A stretch of DNA of 64,000 nt from Planctomycetota bacterium (GTDB taxonomy: Bacteria; Planctomycetota; GCA-002687715; CAIWVZ01). Positions 55,996 through 64,000 of this stretch are shown one piece after another. The translations under genes were made by a program, and so were the position numbers. How positions within the stretch are numbered: the stretch's first letter is position 1; the number at the start of each line of letters is the position of its first letter. The notes below the pieces were generated by a model. The model saw only the letters and a list, made by a program, of their open reading frames with translations. It had not been told where the DNA came from and searched no databases. Location: the NCBI GenBank assembly GCA_044222185.1, contig JBGANV010000012.1:77661-141660 (forward strand), read 5' to 3'.

Positions 55996-57837
55996 TTGAG
56001 GAACGAGCCGGAATACCGCCACGTCGCCACGATCGTCGGCATCGTCGCCGTGGTCGCCGCGCTCTACTTCGCGAAGGCGGTGTTGATCCTCCTCGCCGTC
56101 GCCGGCCTCTTGGCATTCCTTCTGGCTCCGCTCGCACGGCGGCTCGAACACATCGGTCTGCCGCGTGTCGCGAGCGTGGGCCTGATCGTGGTCATGACGC
56201 TGGGCTGCCTCGGCGGGATCGGTTGGCTGATCGCCGGCGAGACGACTCAGTTCATCGAGAAGCTGCCGCAATACCGCGGGAACCTGCGCGACAAGTTCCA
56301 GAGCGTGCAAACTGCGGTGCGAAGACCGATCGAGCGCGCCACGCAGACCGTTCGCGATCTGGCGCACGAGGCGGACGCGTCGTCGCCCTCAGGCGGACAT
56401 GCGCCGGTCGTGCGCGTCGCCGAGGACGATTGGCTCGGCTTCCGCGACATCCTGACTCCGGCAGGCGAAGTCTTCTCGTTCCTCGCGTCTGCGGGCGTCG
56501 TCGTCCTGCTCGTGGCCGTGATGCTGCTGAGGCGCGACGGCGTGCGCGATCGCCTGATCGGTCTGACCGGCGGCCGGCACCTCTACGTCACGACGCTCGC
56601 GCTCGACGAAGCGGCGTCGAAGGTGAGCCGATACCTCGTGCTGACGTCGTTGTTGAATGGATCGTTCGGTCTCGCGGTTGGGTTGGGACTGAGCCTGCTC
56701 GGCGTGCCGAACGCCGCTCTCTGGGGTTTCCTCGCCGCGGTCCTTCGATTCGTGCCTTACGTGGGGCCCTGGGTTGCAGCGGCGTTTCCGACGGCCGTCG
56801 CACTGGCGGTCTTCCCCGGGTGGACGACGCCCGCGCTCGTCGTCGCGATGTTCCTGGCGCTCGAGCTCGTGAGCAACAACATCATCGAGCCCTGGGTCTA
56901 TGGGTCGCGTACCGGCGTGAGCCCGGGGGCGCTGATCCTCGCTGCGATCTTCTGGACCTGGATCTGGGGGGCCGCGGGGTTGCTCGTCGCCACGCCGCTC
57001 ACCGTCTGCCTCGCGGTTCTCGGAAAGTACGTCCCGCCGCTGCGCTTCCTCCACGTCATCCTGGGCGACGAGCCCGTGCTTGCGGGGGACGAGCGCCTGT
57101 ATCAGCGATTACTTGCGCATGACGTGGATGGCGGGGCGGAGATCGTGATCGACGAGGCGCGCGCGACCTCGCCGCTCTCGGCCTACGAGCGGCTCGTGAT
57201 CCCGGCGCTCGCACGCGCCGAGCGCGATCGCCATGCGGGCGACCTCGATCCCGAGGCGATGACTCAGCTCGCGATGGCCATGCAGGAAATCGTCGACGAG
57301 ACCGAAGACGCCGTGACGGCAACCGCGGACTCGCCGCCGACGGACGCGTCGCGGCCACGGATTCCCATGCTCTGCATCGCGGCGCAGGACGTCGCGGACC
57401 AGGTCGTGGCGGAGGTCGCGGCACGTCGTCTCGCACCGCTCGGCTACGACCCGCGGGTGGTTTCCACGGAAGTGCTCACCGGCGAGTTGCCCGTCCTCGT
57501 ACGCCGTCATCGCGCGCAGATGGTTCTCATCTCGAACATCCCGCCGTCCGGCTTCGCGCACGTTCGGTACGTGTGCAAGCGGCTCGCGGCGTGCGGCGAC
57601 ATCCCGATCGTCGTGGGAATCTGGGGCGCCAGTCTCGACGCCGAGCGCGCGCGGAACCGGTTGCCGGAGGTTTCCACCGTGAAGGTGGTGAGCACGATGA
57701 CGGACGCGCTCGAATGCGCTCGTCAACTCCACGCCGCGTTGACGCTGAAGGCGCCAGCGCCGTCGCCAGAGGCGTCGGCCCCCTCGGGCACGAGGGCTCC
57801 CGCGATTCCCCAACGGACAGCACACGAGTCTGTCTGA
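55996..57837 (+). CDS. AI-2E family transporter with cytoplasmic C-terminal extension
   Basis: LAFLL.P, RDRLI, VSRYL, GVPNA.LWG, RFVPYVG, NNIIEP..YG...GVSP, FWTWIWG..GL..ATPLT; C-terminal Rossmann/B12-binding-like domain. Confidence 0.9.
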   Translation: MRNEPEYRHVATIVGIVAVVAALYFAKAVLILLAVAGLLAFLLAPLARRLEHIGLPRVASVGLIVVMTLGCLGGIGWLIAGETTQFIEKLPQYRGNLRDKFQSVQTAVRRPIERATQTVRDLAHEADASSPSGGHAPVVRVAEDDWLGFRDILTPAGEVFSFLASAGVVVLLVAVMLLRRDGVRDRLIGLTGGRHLYVTTLALDEAASKVSRYLVLTSLLNGSFGLAVGLGLSLLGVPNAALWGFLAAVLRFVPYVGPWVAAAFPTAVALAVFPGWTTPALVVAMFLALELVSNNIIEPWVYGSRTGVSPGALILAAIFWTWIWGAAGLLVATPLTVCLAVLGKYVPPLRFLHVILGDEPVLAGDERLYQRLLAHDVDGGAEIVIDEARATSPLSAYERLVIPALARAERDRHAGDLDPEAMTQLAMAMQEIVDETEDAVTATADSPPTDASRPRIPMLCIAAQDVADQVVAEVAARRLAPLGYDPRVVSTEVLTGELPVLVRRHRAQMVLISNIPPSGFAHVRYVCKRLAACGDIPIVVGIWGASLDAERARNRLPEVSTVKVVSTMTDALECARQLHAALTLKAPAPSPEASAPSGTRAPAIPQRTAHESV

Positions 57838-57946
57838 CCCTGCGGCGGGAGGTCACGAACCGGCGAGCGTCAGGCGTTTCTTCTCCCGCGCTCGTCTATG
57901 AGAAGTTGGAGGCTCACCCCGAGTCTCGTCCTTTGGGAGGTGCCGA

Positions 57947-58177
57947 ATGAACTGGGACCAGATCACTGGAAAGTGGTTGCAACTCAAGGGCCAGGTTCGC
58001 GAGAAGTGGGGCAAGCTCACCGACGACGATTTGAACGTCATCGCAGGCCGCCGCGATCAGCTCCTCGGGAAGGTTCAGGAGCGCTACGGCGTCGCGCGCG
58101 AGGTCGCCGAGAAGCAGGTGAAGGAGTGGGAGCACGCGATCGAAGAGGCGGCACGGGAGGCTGATCGCGGTTTGTGA
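57947..58177 (+). CDS. CsbD/YjbJ family general stress protein
   Basis: MNWDQI.GKW.QLKG.V.EKWGKLTDDDL..I.G.RDQL.GK.QERYG; GGAGG RBS. Confidence 0.95.
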   Translation: MNWDQITGKWLQLKGQVREKWGKLTDDDLNVIAGRRDQLLGKVQERYGVAREVAEKQVKEWEHAIEEAAREADRGL

Positions 58178-58222
58178 TCGGGTCCCCGGCTCGCTCCAGC
58201 GAAAAACGAAGGAGGCAGCATC

Positions 58223-58438
58223 ATGGGACGAATCATCGGTATCGCGCTGCTCGCGGTCGGTGTCATCTTGCTCGGGTTTGGTTTCGACGCACGGGACTCG
58301 TTCTCGTCGGACGTGTCGAACACCTTCACCGGGTCACCGACCGACAAGGCGATCTGGCTGCTCGGCCTCGGCGCGTTCTTCTCCGTGGCGGGGCTCGGGG
58401 CGATCGTGTTCGGCGGCCGGCCGAGCCTGCGGAGCTGA
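58223..58438 (+). CDS. DUF3185 family small membrane protein
   Basis: GIALL..G..LL.FG....DS.SS.VS..FTGSPTDKAIW; AAGGAGG RBS. Confidence 0.88.
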   Translation: MGRIIGIALLAVGVILLGFGFDARDSFSSDVSNTFTGSPTDKAIWLLGLGAFFSVAGLGAIVFGGRPSLRS

Positions 58439-58751
58439 CTCCGGGTCGTGCGGTCGTGACGCACGCGCGACGATCGCGAGAGGGATCGGCTGCCGGCCGT
58501 TGTCGGTGCGGCGTCCCAGGCTCCGACGCCGGAACCGATGGCGACGCTCAGCGCAGCGCAACCCGGTCCCGTGAGAGATCCGCGGGAAGATCCGCCGGAA
58601 TGTCGGGCGTGACGTGGGTGGCCTCGCGAGGCTGCCACGAGGAGCGTCGCGGTGCGGCGTGGCAAACGAAGTCTCCGTGAACTACGATCCACCCTTCGAT
58701 GCCCGTCGAGCGCGTTGGCTCCGCGGGATCGTCGGTTCCGGAGACCTTCGA

Positions 58752-59639
58752 ATGCACCTGTCCACACACAACTGGATGCGCGCGGAACCCATCGAGGTGA
58801 CGCTGAAGCGCATCTCGCGCCTGGGGTTCGAGAGCATCGAGATCAGCGGCGAGCCGCTGCAGTATCCACCGAGCGTCTGCCGGCCGCTGTTGAAGCAATA
58901 CAACATCCGCTGCTGGGGCGCGGTCACGCTCACGCTCGGGAATCGCAACCTGGCCGCGAAGGAACCGGCCCAGCGCGCGGCGACGGTCGAGTACATGAAG
59001 TCCGTCGTCACCATGATCAAGGAACTCGAGGGCTCGGAGATCACCATCGTTCCTGCGACGGTCGGCAAGGTCGTTCCCGACGCGACGCCCGAGCTCGAGT
59101 GGGCCTGGGTCGTCGCCGGCCTGCAGGAGATCTACGAGTACACGGAGCGCTGCGGGATCCGGATCGCGCTCGAGCCCCTGAACCGCTTCGAAACGTACTT
59201 CCTGAACCGCGCCGACCAGGCGTTGGCGCTGGCGAAGGCCGTGGGCCCCAATTGCGGCGTCTGCCTCGACGTGTTCCACATGAACATCGAGGAGACGGAC
59301 ATGCTCCGCGCCATTCGCAAGGTGGGGAAGAAGCTCGTCGACGTCCACGTCGCCGAGAACAACCGCCTCGCACCGGGCATGGGCTCGATCAACTGGGCCG
59401 CGTTCGTCGCCACACTGCGTGAGGTCGACTACCGCGGCGCGCTCACGATGGAGGCGGTCGCGCCCATCGATCGCACGCCCGTCACGCCGTGGCCTAATCA
59501 GCTCGAGAAGAACCCCGTCGACATCTCGCCGGAGCAGCTGAAGTTCATCCAGGACCACGGAAGCAGCCTCTTGAGCGAGGCGTTCTACACCATGCTGTAC
59601 GAGACGGCGTCGCGGGTGCTGCTGCCCCTCGTGCGGTGA
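58752..59639 (+). CDS. Sugar phosphate isomerase/epimerase (D-tagatose/psicose 3-epimerase-like TIM barrel)
   Basis: LEPLNRFE, LDVFHMNIEE, DVHVAENNR..PG.G, TME metal and catalytic motifs. Confidence 0.9.
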   Translation: MHLSTHNWMRAEPIEVTLKRISRLGFESIEISGEPLQYPPSVCRPLLKQYNIRCWGAVTLTLGNRNLAAKEPAQRAATVEYMKSVVTMIKELEGSEITIVPATVGKVVPDATPELEWAWVVAGLQEIYEYTERCGIRIALEPLNRFETYFLNRADQALALAKAVGPNCGVCLDVFHMNIEETDMLRAIRKVGKKLVDVHVAENNRLAPGMGSINWAAFVATLREVDYRGALTMEAVAPIDRTPVTPWPNQLEKNPVDISPEQLKFIQDHGSSLLSEAFYTMLYETASRVLLPLVR

Positions 59640-59646
59640 GGTCATC

Positions 59647-60816
59647 GTGAAGATCACAGCCGTCGACGCCGTCTGGCTTCACTGCCCGCTGCCCGAGGAC
59701 CGCCAGCACAAGTCGGACTTCGGCCGGATCACGGCCTTCGACGGCGTGCTCGTGAGTGTCAGGACCGAGGACGGCCTCGTGGGGTTCGGAGAGGCCAAGC
59801 CTGCCGTCGGTAGCGCCGGTGACGGAGCGGCGCTCGTCACCATCATCGGGCAGGAGCTGCGGCCGCAGCTCCTGGGAGCGGACTCGTCGCGCATCTCCGA
59901 ACTGTGGCTCCGCATGTTCAACGGAGTGCGCGCGCCTCTCGCGCAGCGGTTCGGGCGACCCATGCCCATCCTCGGGCGCCGCGGGATGCACGTGGCCGCG
60001 ATCGCCGGGATCGACCTGGCGTTGTGGGATCTGGCGGGGAAGCGGCGCGGATGCAGCGTGCTCGATCTCATCGGCGGCGCGTGCCGTCCGGCGATCCCTG
60101 CCTACGCGAGCGGCGGCTGGGCGCCCGAGGATCGGATCGGCGACGAACTTGGCGGATACGCGGCCCGTGGATTTCGAGCCGTGAAGATGCGGGTCGGCGC
60201 GGCAGACGGCGAGATCGCCACGAGCCTCGCTCGCGTGCGGGCGGCGCGCCGCGCTCTCGGTCCCGACGTCGCGTTGATGGTCGACGCGCACGGCACGATG
60301 AACGTGGCCGGCGCGCGGCGATTCTGTGCCGCGGCCGCCGAACTCGATCTCCGTTTCGTCGAGGAACCCGTCGCCTCTGACGACCGCGCGGGACTCGCCG
60401 AGGTGCGGCGCGCCTCGCCGCTGCCGATCGCCGCCGGCGAGAGCGAGTTCACGGCGTTCGACTTCGCCGAGCTCACGGAGCAGCGGGCGATCGACGTCCT
60501 CCAGCCGGATCTGGCGATCGCGGGCGGCCTGACCGAGGGACTGCGAATCGCGGCGCTCGCATGCGCGAACCGCCTCGAGCTCGCTCCGCACTGCTGGGGT
60601 TCGGCGATCTCGTTCCAGGCGGCACGCACGCTCGCGTTCGCGAGCCCGGCGGGGACGTTCGTCGAGGTGCCCATGGGCGGTGCGCCGCTCTTGCGGGAGA
60701 TGGCCGCCATCGACCTGGAATTGCGTGAAGGGCTGCTCGGGCCGCCGGTGGGCACCGGGTTCGGTGTGACACCGGATCCGGACTTCTTGGCCCGTCATGC
60801 GCGGATGAAGGGATGA
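59647..60816 (+). CDS. Mandelate racemase/enolase superfamily protein (KxR variant)
   Basis: G.GE, GIDLALWDL.GK, AYASGG, KMR, DAH/EEP/GE, QPD...GG, PH. Confidence 0.9.
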   Translation: MKITAVDAVWLHCPLPEDRQHKSDFGRITAFDGVLVSVRTEDGLVGFGEAKPAVGSAGDGAALVTIIGQELRPQLLGADSSRISELWLRMFNGVRAPLAQRFGRPMPILGRRGMHVAAIAGIDLALWDLAGKRRGCSVLDLIGGACRPAIPAYASGGWAPEDRIGDELGGYAARGFRAVKMRVGAADGEIATSLARVRAARRALGPDVALMVDAHGTMNVAGARRFCAAAAELDLRFVEEPVASDDRAGLAEVRRASPLPIAAGESEFTAFDFAELTEQRAIDVLQPDLAIAGGLTEGLRIAALACANRLELAPHCWGSAISFQAARTLAFASPAGTFVEVPMGGAPLLREMAAIDLELREGLLGPPVGTGFGVTPDPDFLARHARMKG

Positions 60817-60823
60817 CTTGGGA

Positions 60824-61297
60824 ATGACCGTCGAGCCGCACATCCAGCACATCAACGTGAACGTGGACGATCTCGCGCGTGCGATTGTTTTCTATCGCGA
60901 CGTGATCGGGCTGCCGCTCGATCCGACACCGGATCAGGGATTCCCCTCTCAGTTCTTCCGAATCAACGCGCGCCAGCAGATCCACATGAACGAGATCGAC
61001 GACCTGCACGCGGTGAGGTCCCATTTCTGCATCGAGGTGCCGGACTTCAACGGTGTCTTCCGCCGGGCGAAGGATGCCAAGGCGATCGAGACCGGGACGT
61101 GGGGGCGGGTCCGCTGCCTGCCTGTCGGGAAGATGCAGATGTTCGTGCGCGATCCCGCGGGCAACCTCATCGAGATCGCGAGCGTGACCGGCGCCGTCAT
61201 CGACCCCGAGGTCTTCGCCGATCCGCTCGTCGAGCCCAAGCCCGGCGTGTATCGCATGGTCCCGGGGACGACGACCGGGAGACACGAGCCCGTTTGA
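60824..61297 (+). CDS. VOC/glyoxalase family protein
   Basis: IQHINVNV.DL..A..FY..V.GL, QIH, HFC, MFVRDP.GN.IE. Confidence 0.88.
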   Translation: MTVEPHIQHINVNVDDLARAIVFYRDVIGLPLDPTPDQGFPSQFFRINARQQIHMNEIDDLHAVRSHFCIEVPDFNGVFRRAKDAKAIETGTWGRVRCLPVGKMQMFVRDPAGNLIEIASVTGAVIDPEVFADPLVEPKPGVYRMVPGTTTGRHEPV

Positions 61298-62232
61298 ACC
61301 TCCTCCTGCTCGAGACGCTCCACGCCGACGCGGAATCCGTGCTTGCCGCGGCGGGCACTCTCGTTCATGCGATCGATCCGGGCACGCCGCCGGCCGACCT
61401 GTCCGCCGTGCGCGCCATCGTCACGCGCGGGCGCGGGCGCATCGACGACGCTCTGATGAACCGATGCCCCGACCTTGCCGTCATCGCACGCGCGGGCGTC
61501 GGCCTCGACAATCTGGACGTCGCCGCGGCGAGGCGGCGCGGGATTCCCGTCATCTACGCGCCCAGTGCCGGCACGTCGACCGTGGCCGAGCACACGATCG
61601 CGTTGATGCTCGACCTCGTGCGCGGGATCACGCGCACGGCCCGCCAGGTCGCGTGCGGGGCGTGGGGATCTCGCGCGAGCTACGCCGGTGAGGAGATCGG
61701 GGCGCTCACGCTCGGCCTCGTGGGATTGGGTCGGATTGGTCGCCGGACGGCGGAGCTTGCGGCGGCCTTCGGAATGCAGGTCGTTGCGGCGACGCATCGG
61801 GGCGGAGCCGACGTGCCCGTGGCGCGCGTCCCGTTGGACGAGCTCTTGTCGACGGCGGACGTGATCTCCCTGCACGTTCCGCTCACACCGGCGACACGCG
61901 GGATGATCGGCGCGCGCGAACTGGCACGCATGAAACGCGGCGCGTTCCTCGTCAACACGGCCCGCGGGGCGCTGATCGACATGCCGGCGCTGCGCGCGGC
62001 GATCGCGGGGGGAACGCTCGGCGGCTTCGGCGCCGACGTGCTCGACGTCGAGCCACCGGCGGCCGACGATCCGTTGCTGACGTCCGACCGCGTCGTCATC
62101 ACGCCGCACGTCGCGTCGCTGACGTCGGCGAGCTACCGCAGCCTCTGCGTCTCCACGGCACGAAACGTCGTGCGCGTGCTGCGGGGAGAACCTCCCGATC
62201 CCACGAGCGTCTTCCGCGTCCCTGCGGACTGA
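61294..62232 (+). CDS. D-isomer-specific 2-hydroxyacid dehydrogenase (SerA-like, no ACT domain)
   Basis: TTGA overlap; RAGVGLDN, VAEH, GLGRIG, SLHVPLT, NTARG, DV.DVEP, TPHVA. Confidence 0.9.
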   Translation: MNLLLLETLHADAESVLAAAGTLVHAIDPGTPPADLSAVRAIVTRGRGRIDDALMNRCPDLAVIARAGVGLDNLDVAAARRRGIPVIYAPSAGTSTVAEHTIALMLDLVRGITRTARQVACGAWGSRASYAGEEIGALTLGLVGLGRIGRRTAELAAAFGMQVVAATHRGGADVPVARVPLDELLSTADVISLHVPLTPATRGMIGARELARMKRGAFLVNTARGALIDMPALRAAIAGGTLGGFGADVLDVEPPAADDPLLTSDRVVITPHVASLTSASYRSLCVSTARNVVRVLRGEPPDPTSVFRVPAD

Positions 62233-62250
62233 CGCCTGCAGGCTGCTCCC

Positions 62251-63822
62251 CTAACGCGCATCGGTTGGTGCTCGAAGCGCGCGGATGCGCGCGAGCACGG
62301 CCTCCAGGTCGGTATCCCGACCCGTGGCCACGTCCTCGGCCGTCAACGGCACGAGGATGTCCGGAGCGACTCCCGTGTCCGGCTGCGGCGTCGAGGGGAA
62401 CTGTCCGATCAACGGGACGTCGACCTCGATCCCCGAATTCGGCAGCCGGAGGAAGAAGAACGCGCCGCCGTTGATGCCGCGCCGATTTCCACCGGTCGGA
62501 CGTCCGACGATCGTGGCGAGCTTCGCGCGCGACGCCGCCTGCGCGAACTCGAACGTCGCCGAGCTGTTGGACGCATCCACGAGGATCCACGTGCGACCGG
62601 CGAATCGGGGCGCTTGCGGCTTGATGACCGCCCCGGACGGATCGTCGTCGTACTTCGTGAGACGGAGGAACCCGTCGCCGGCCTCGACAGCCGTCGCTCC
62701 CCAGTCGAAGAAGGACTTGTCCCACGTGTCCAGATGCGGGCGCAGACTCGCGGGCACTTCCCGGTAGCGCACGAGCCGGGCGATCGGCTCGGCGGGCAGC
62801 TCGTGATCGGTGAGGTGGGCGAGGATCACGTCGCCGATCCCCAGGCCGCCTTCGTTGCCGCGGATGTCGATGATCAGATCCTGTGCGCCGCGAGCGACGA
62901 CGTCCTCGAACGCGCGGACCAGGAACGCTCGCCAATCCCACTTGGAGTCGTAGAGGGCCCAGTTCGGGGTCCGGAGGCAGGCCGTGGTCGCATCGAGCCA
63001 GCGAAGGTCCATCGGTGCAGCAGGGATCGGTCCCTCGCTCTGATGCTTCGTGATGTACTGCTGCCGCTCGCGTGTGAAGCCGTCGACCTCGAGCGCCGTC
63101 TCGGTCGAGCTTCCGGGAGGTCGCACGACGAGTTGGAAACGTGACGACGACTTGCGGAACACGAGCCCGAAGAAGACGTCGAACGTCTCGTAGCGGTCGC
63201 GGCCCCGCGCCTCCAAGAGGTCGATCCGCTTGGCGTCGTTGCCGCCGTCGGCGCGGGCGTAGGGGAGGAGGGCTTTCAGGATGTCGGGCGCTGGGTGGCC
63301 GTCGATCGCGACGACCTCGGTGCCGGGCCCGAGCTCCCGCACGCCCGCGAACGCGCGCGTCACGACCATGCGGCCGTCGATCCATCGGAACCAGAATGGA
63401 AGCCGCGGCGCGGTGAATAGCGCGTCCGCCACCGCATCCGACTGGTTGTAGAAGTTCGCGTAGGAATGACCGCACCGGATCGCGGCGGTGAACCGCGAGA
63501 GCGCGAGGTAGACGTCAGCGAGGCTCTGATCGTTCGCGAACTGCCGCGCGAGCTCTCCGAAGGCCGCGTCGAGCTGCGCTTGCGTGTTGTAGCGATACAG
63601 GCCTGGATGAAGCGCCTCGTAGACACGGCGGAAGAGCGCGACGTCATCGGCGAGGCCGCCACGTGCGATCGACGTGTCGCTCGTGAGCGATGCCGTCTGT
63701 GAGGATGCCGGACTCGGTTCCGACTCCGGACTTTGGCAGGCGAAACAACCCGCGAGCGCGATCACGGTCAAAGTCGTCACGCTCGAACGCGGCCACCACG
63801 CGCATTTCGCCGACGTTTGCAT
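62251..63822 (-). CDS. S41 family peptidase (probable lipoprotein)
   Basis: LAG|C; HPGLYRY, IRCGH, PDZ-like IDG segment, LIIDIRGNEGG, SSA..F, VG.PTGG, LPNSG, GV.PD. Confidence 0.88.
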   Translation of the reverse strand: MQTSAKCAWWPRSSVTTLTVIALAGCFACQSPESEPSPASSQTASLTSDTSIARGGLADDVALFRRVYEALHPGLYRYNTQAQLDAAFGELARQFANDQSLADVYLALSRFTAAIRCGHSYANFYNQSDAVADALFTAPRLPFWFRWIDGRMVVTRAFAGVRELGPGTEVVAIDGHPAPDILKALLPYARADGGNDAKRIDLLEARGRDRYETFDVFFGLVFRKSSSRFQLVVRPPGSSTETALEVDGFTRERQQYITKHQSEGPIPAAPMDLRWLDATTACLRTPNWALYDSKWDWRAFLVRAFEDVVARGAQDLIIDIRGNEGGLGIGDVILAHLTDHELPAEPIARLVRYREVPASLRPHLDTWDKSFFDWGATAVEAGDGFLRLTKYDDDPSGAVIKPQAPRFAGRTWILVDASNSSATFEFAQAASRAKLATIVGRPTGGNRRGINGGAFFFLRLPNSGIEVDVPLIGQFPSTPQPDTGVAPDILVPLTAEDVATGRDTDLEAVLARIRALRAPTDAR

Positions 63823-63862
63823 CGTGGCGCGAGCTTATCAGCCGGCGTGACCCAGGGACGGA

Positions 63863-64000
63863 TGTCGGTTCCGGAAAAAATGGCGGTGTAATTTCCGGAA
63901 AATATGGCGGTCGTCGTAGAGGCAAGCCTCGACGCTCGTGATGTTCGCCCTTCAAGGATCGCCGCAGTGGCGATCGCGAAGGGATCGGAGGATGCACGAC
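63863..64000 (+). mobile_element. Probable left end of an insertion sequence (IS21-like), truncated by the window edge
   Basis: TGT terminus followed by two 19-bp direct repeats (63869-63887, 63893-63911; 18/19 identical, 24-bp period), locally AT-rich; an ATG (63992, MHD...) preceded by purine-rich sequence runs off the edge. Confidence 0.45.

Overview
GC-rich bacterial chromosomal segment, probably from an uncultured Planctomycetota-like organism. This is inferred from gene content: a formylglycine-type sulfatase, a Ser/Thr kinase-TPR protein, and CRTAC1/ASPIC-UnbV, FG-GAP and SBBP proteins. It holds about 45 genes and no rRNA, tRNA or CRISPR array. Metabolic blocks: a nifJ(PFOR)-DHOD-like-lutABC run, ilvE, a stand-alone molybdopterin oxidoreductase, two orphan sugar-acid catabolic operons, and a general-stress island (ElaB/YqjD, YqjE-like, DUF1328, AI-2E, CsbD, DUF3185). 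The most striking pattern is a set of 10 otherwise unrelated secreted proteins, including a 2144-aa repeat protein and one pseudogene. All carry the same kind of ~110-140 aa beta-rich module, usually at the extreme C-terminus, and all have Gln immediately after the predicted signal-peptide cleavage site. This suggests a lineage-specific protein sorting or anchoring system, functionally reminiscent of the Bacteroidota T9SS-CTD/Q-rule. Also seen: a duplicated 58-bp two-hairpin intergenic element, two decayed genes, a sulfatase with a non-canonical active site, a LITAF-like membrane Zn-ribbon coupled to the kinase, and a probable IS21-like left end at the right edge. All family calls come from motif recognition by eye; no database search was run.
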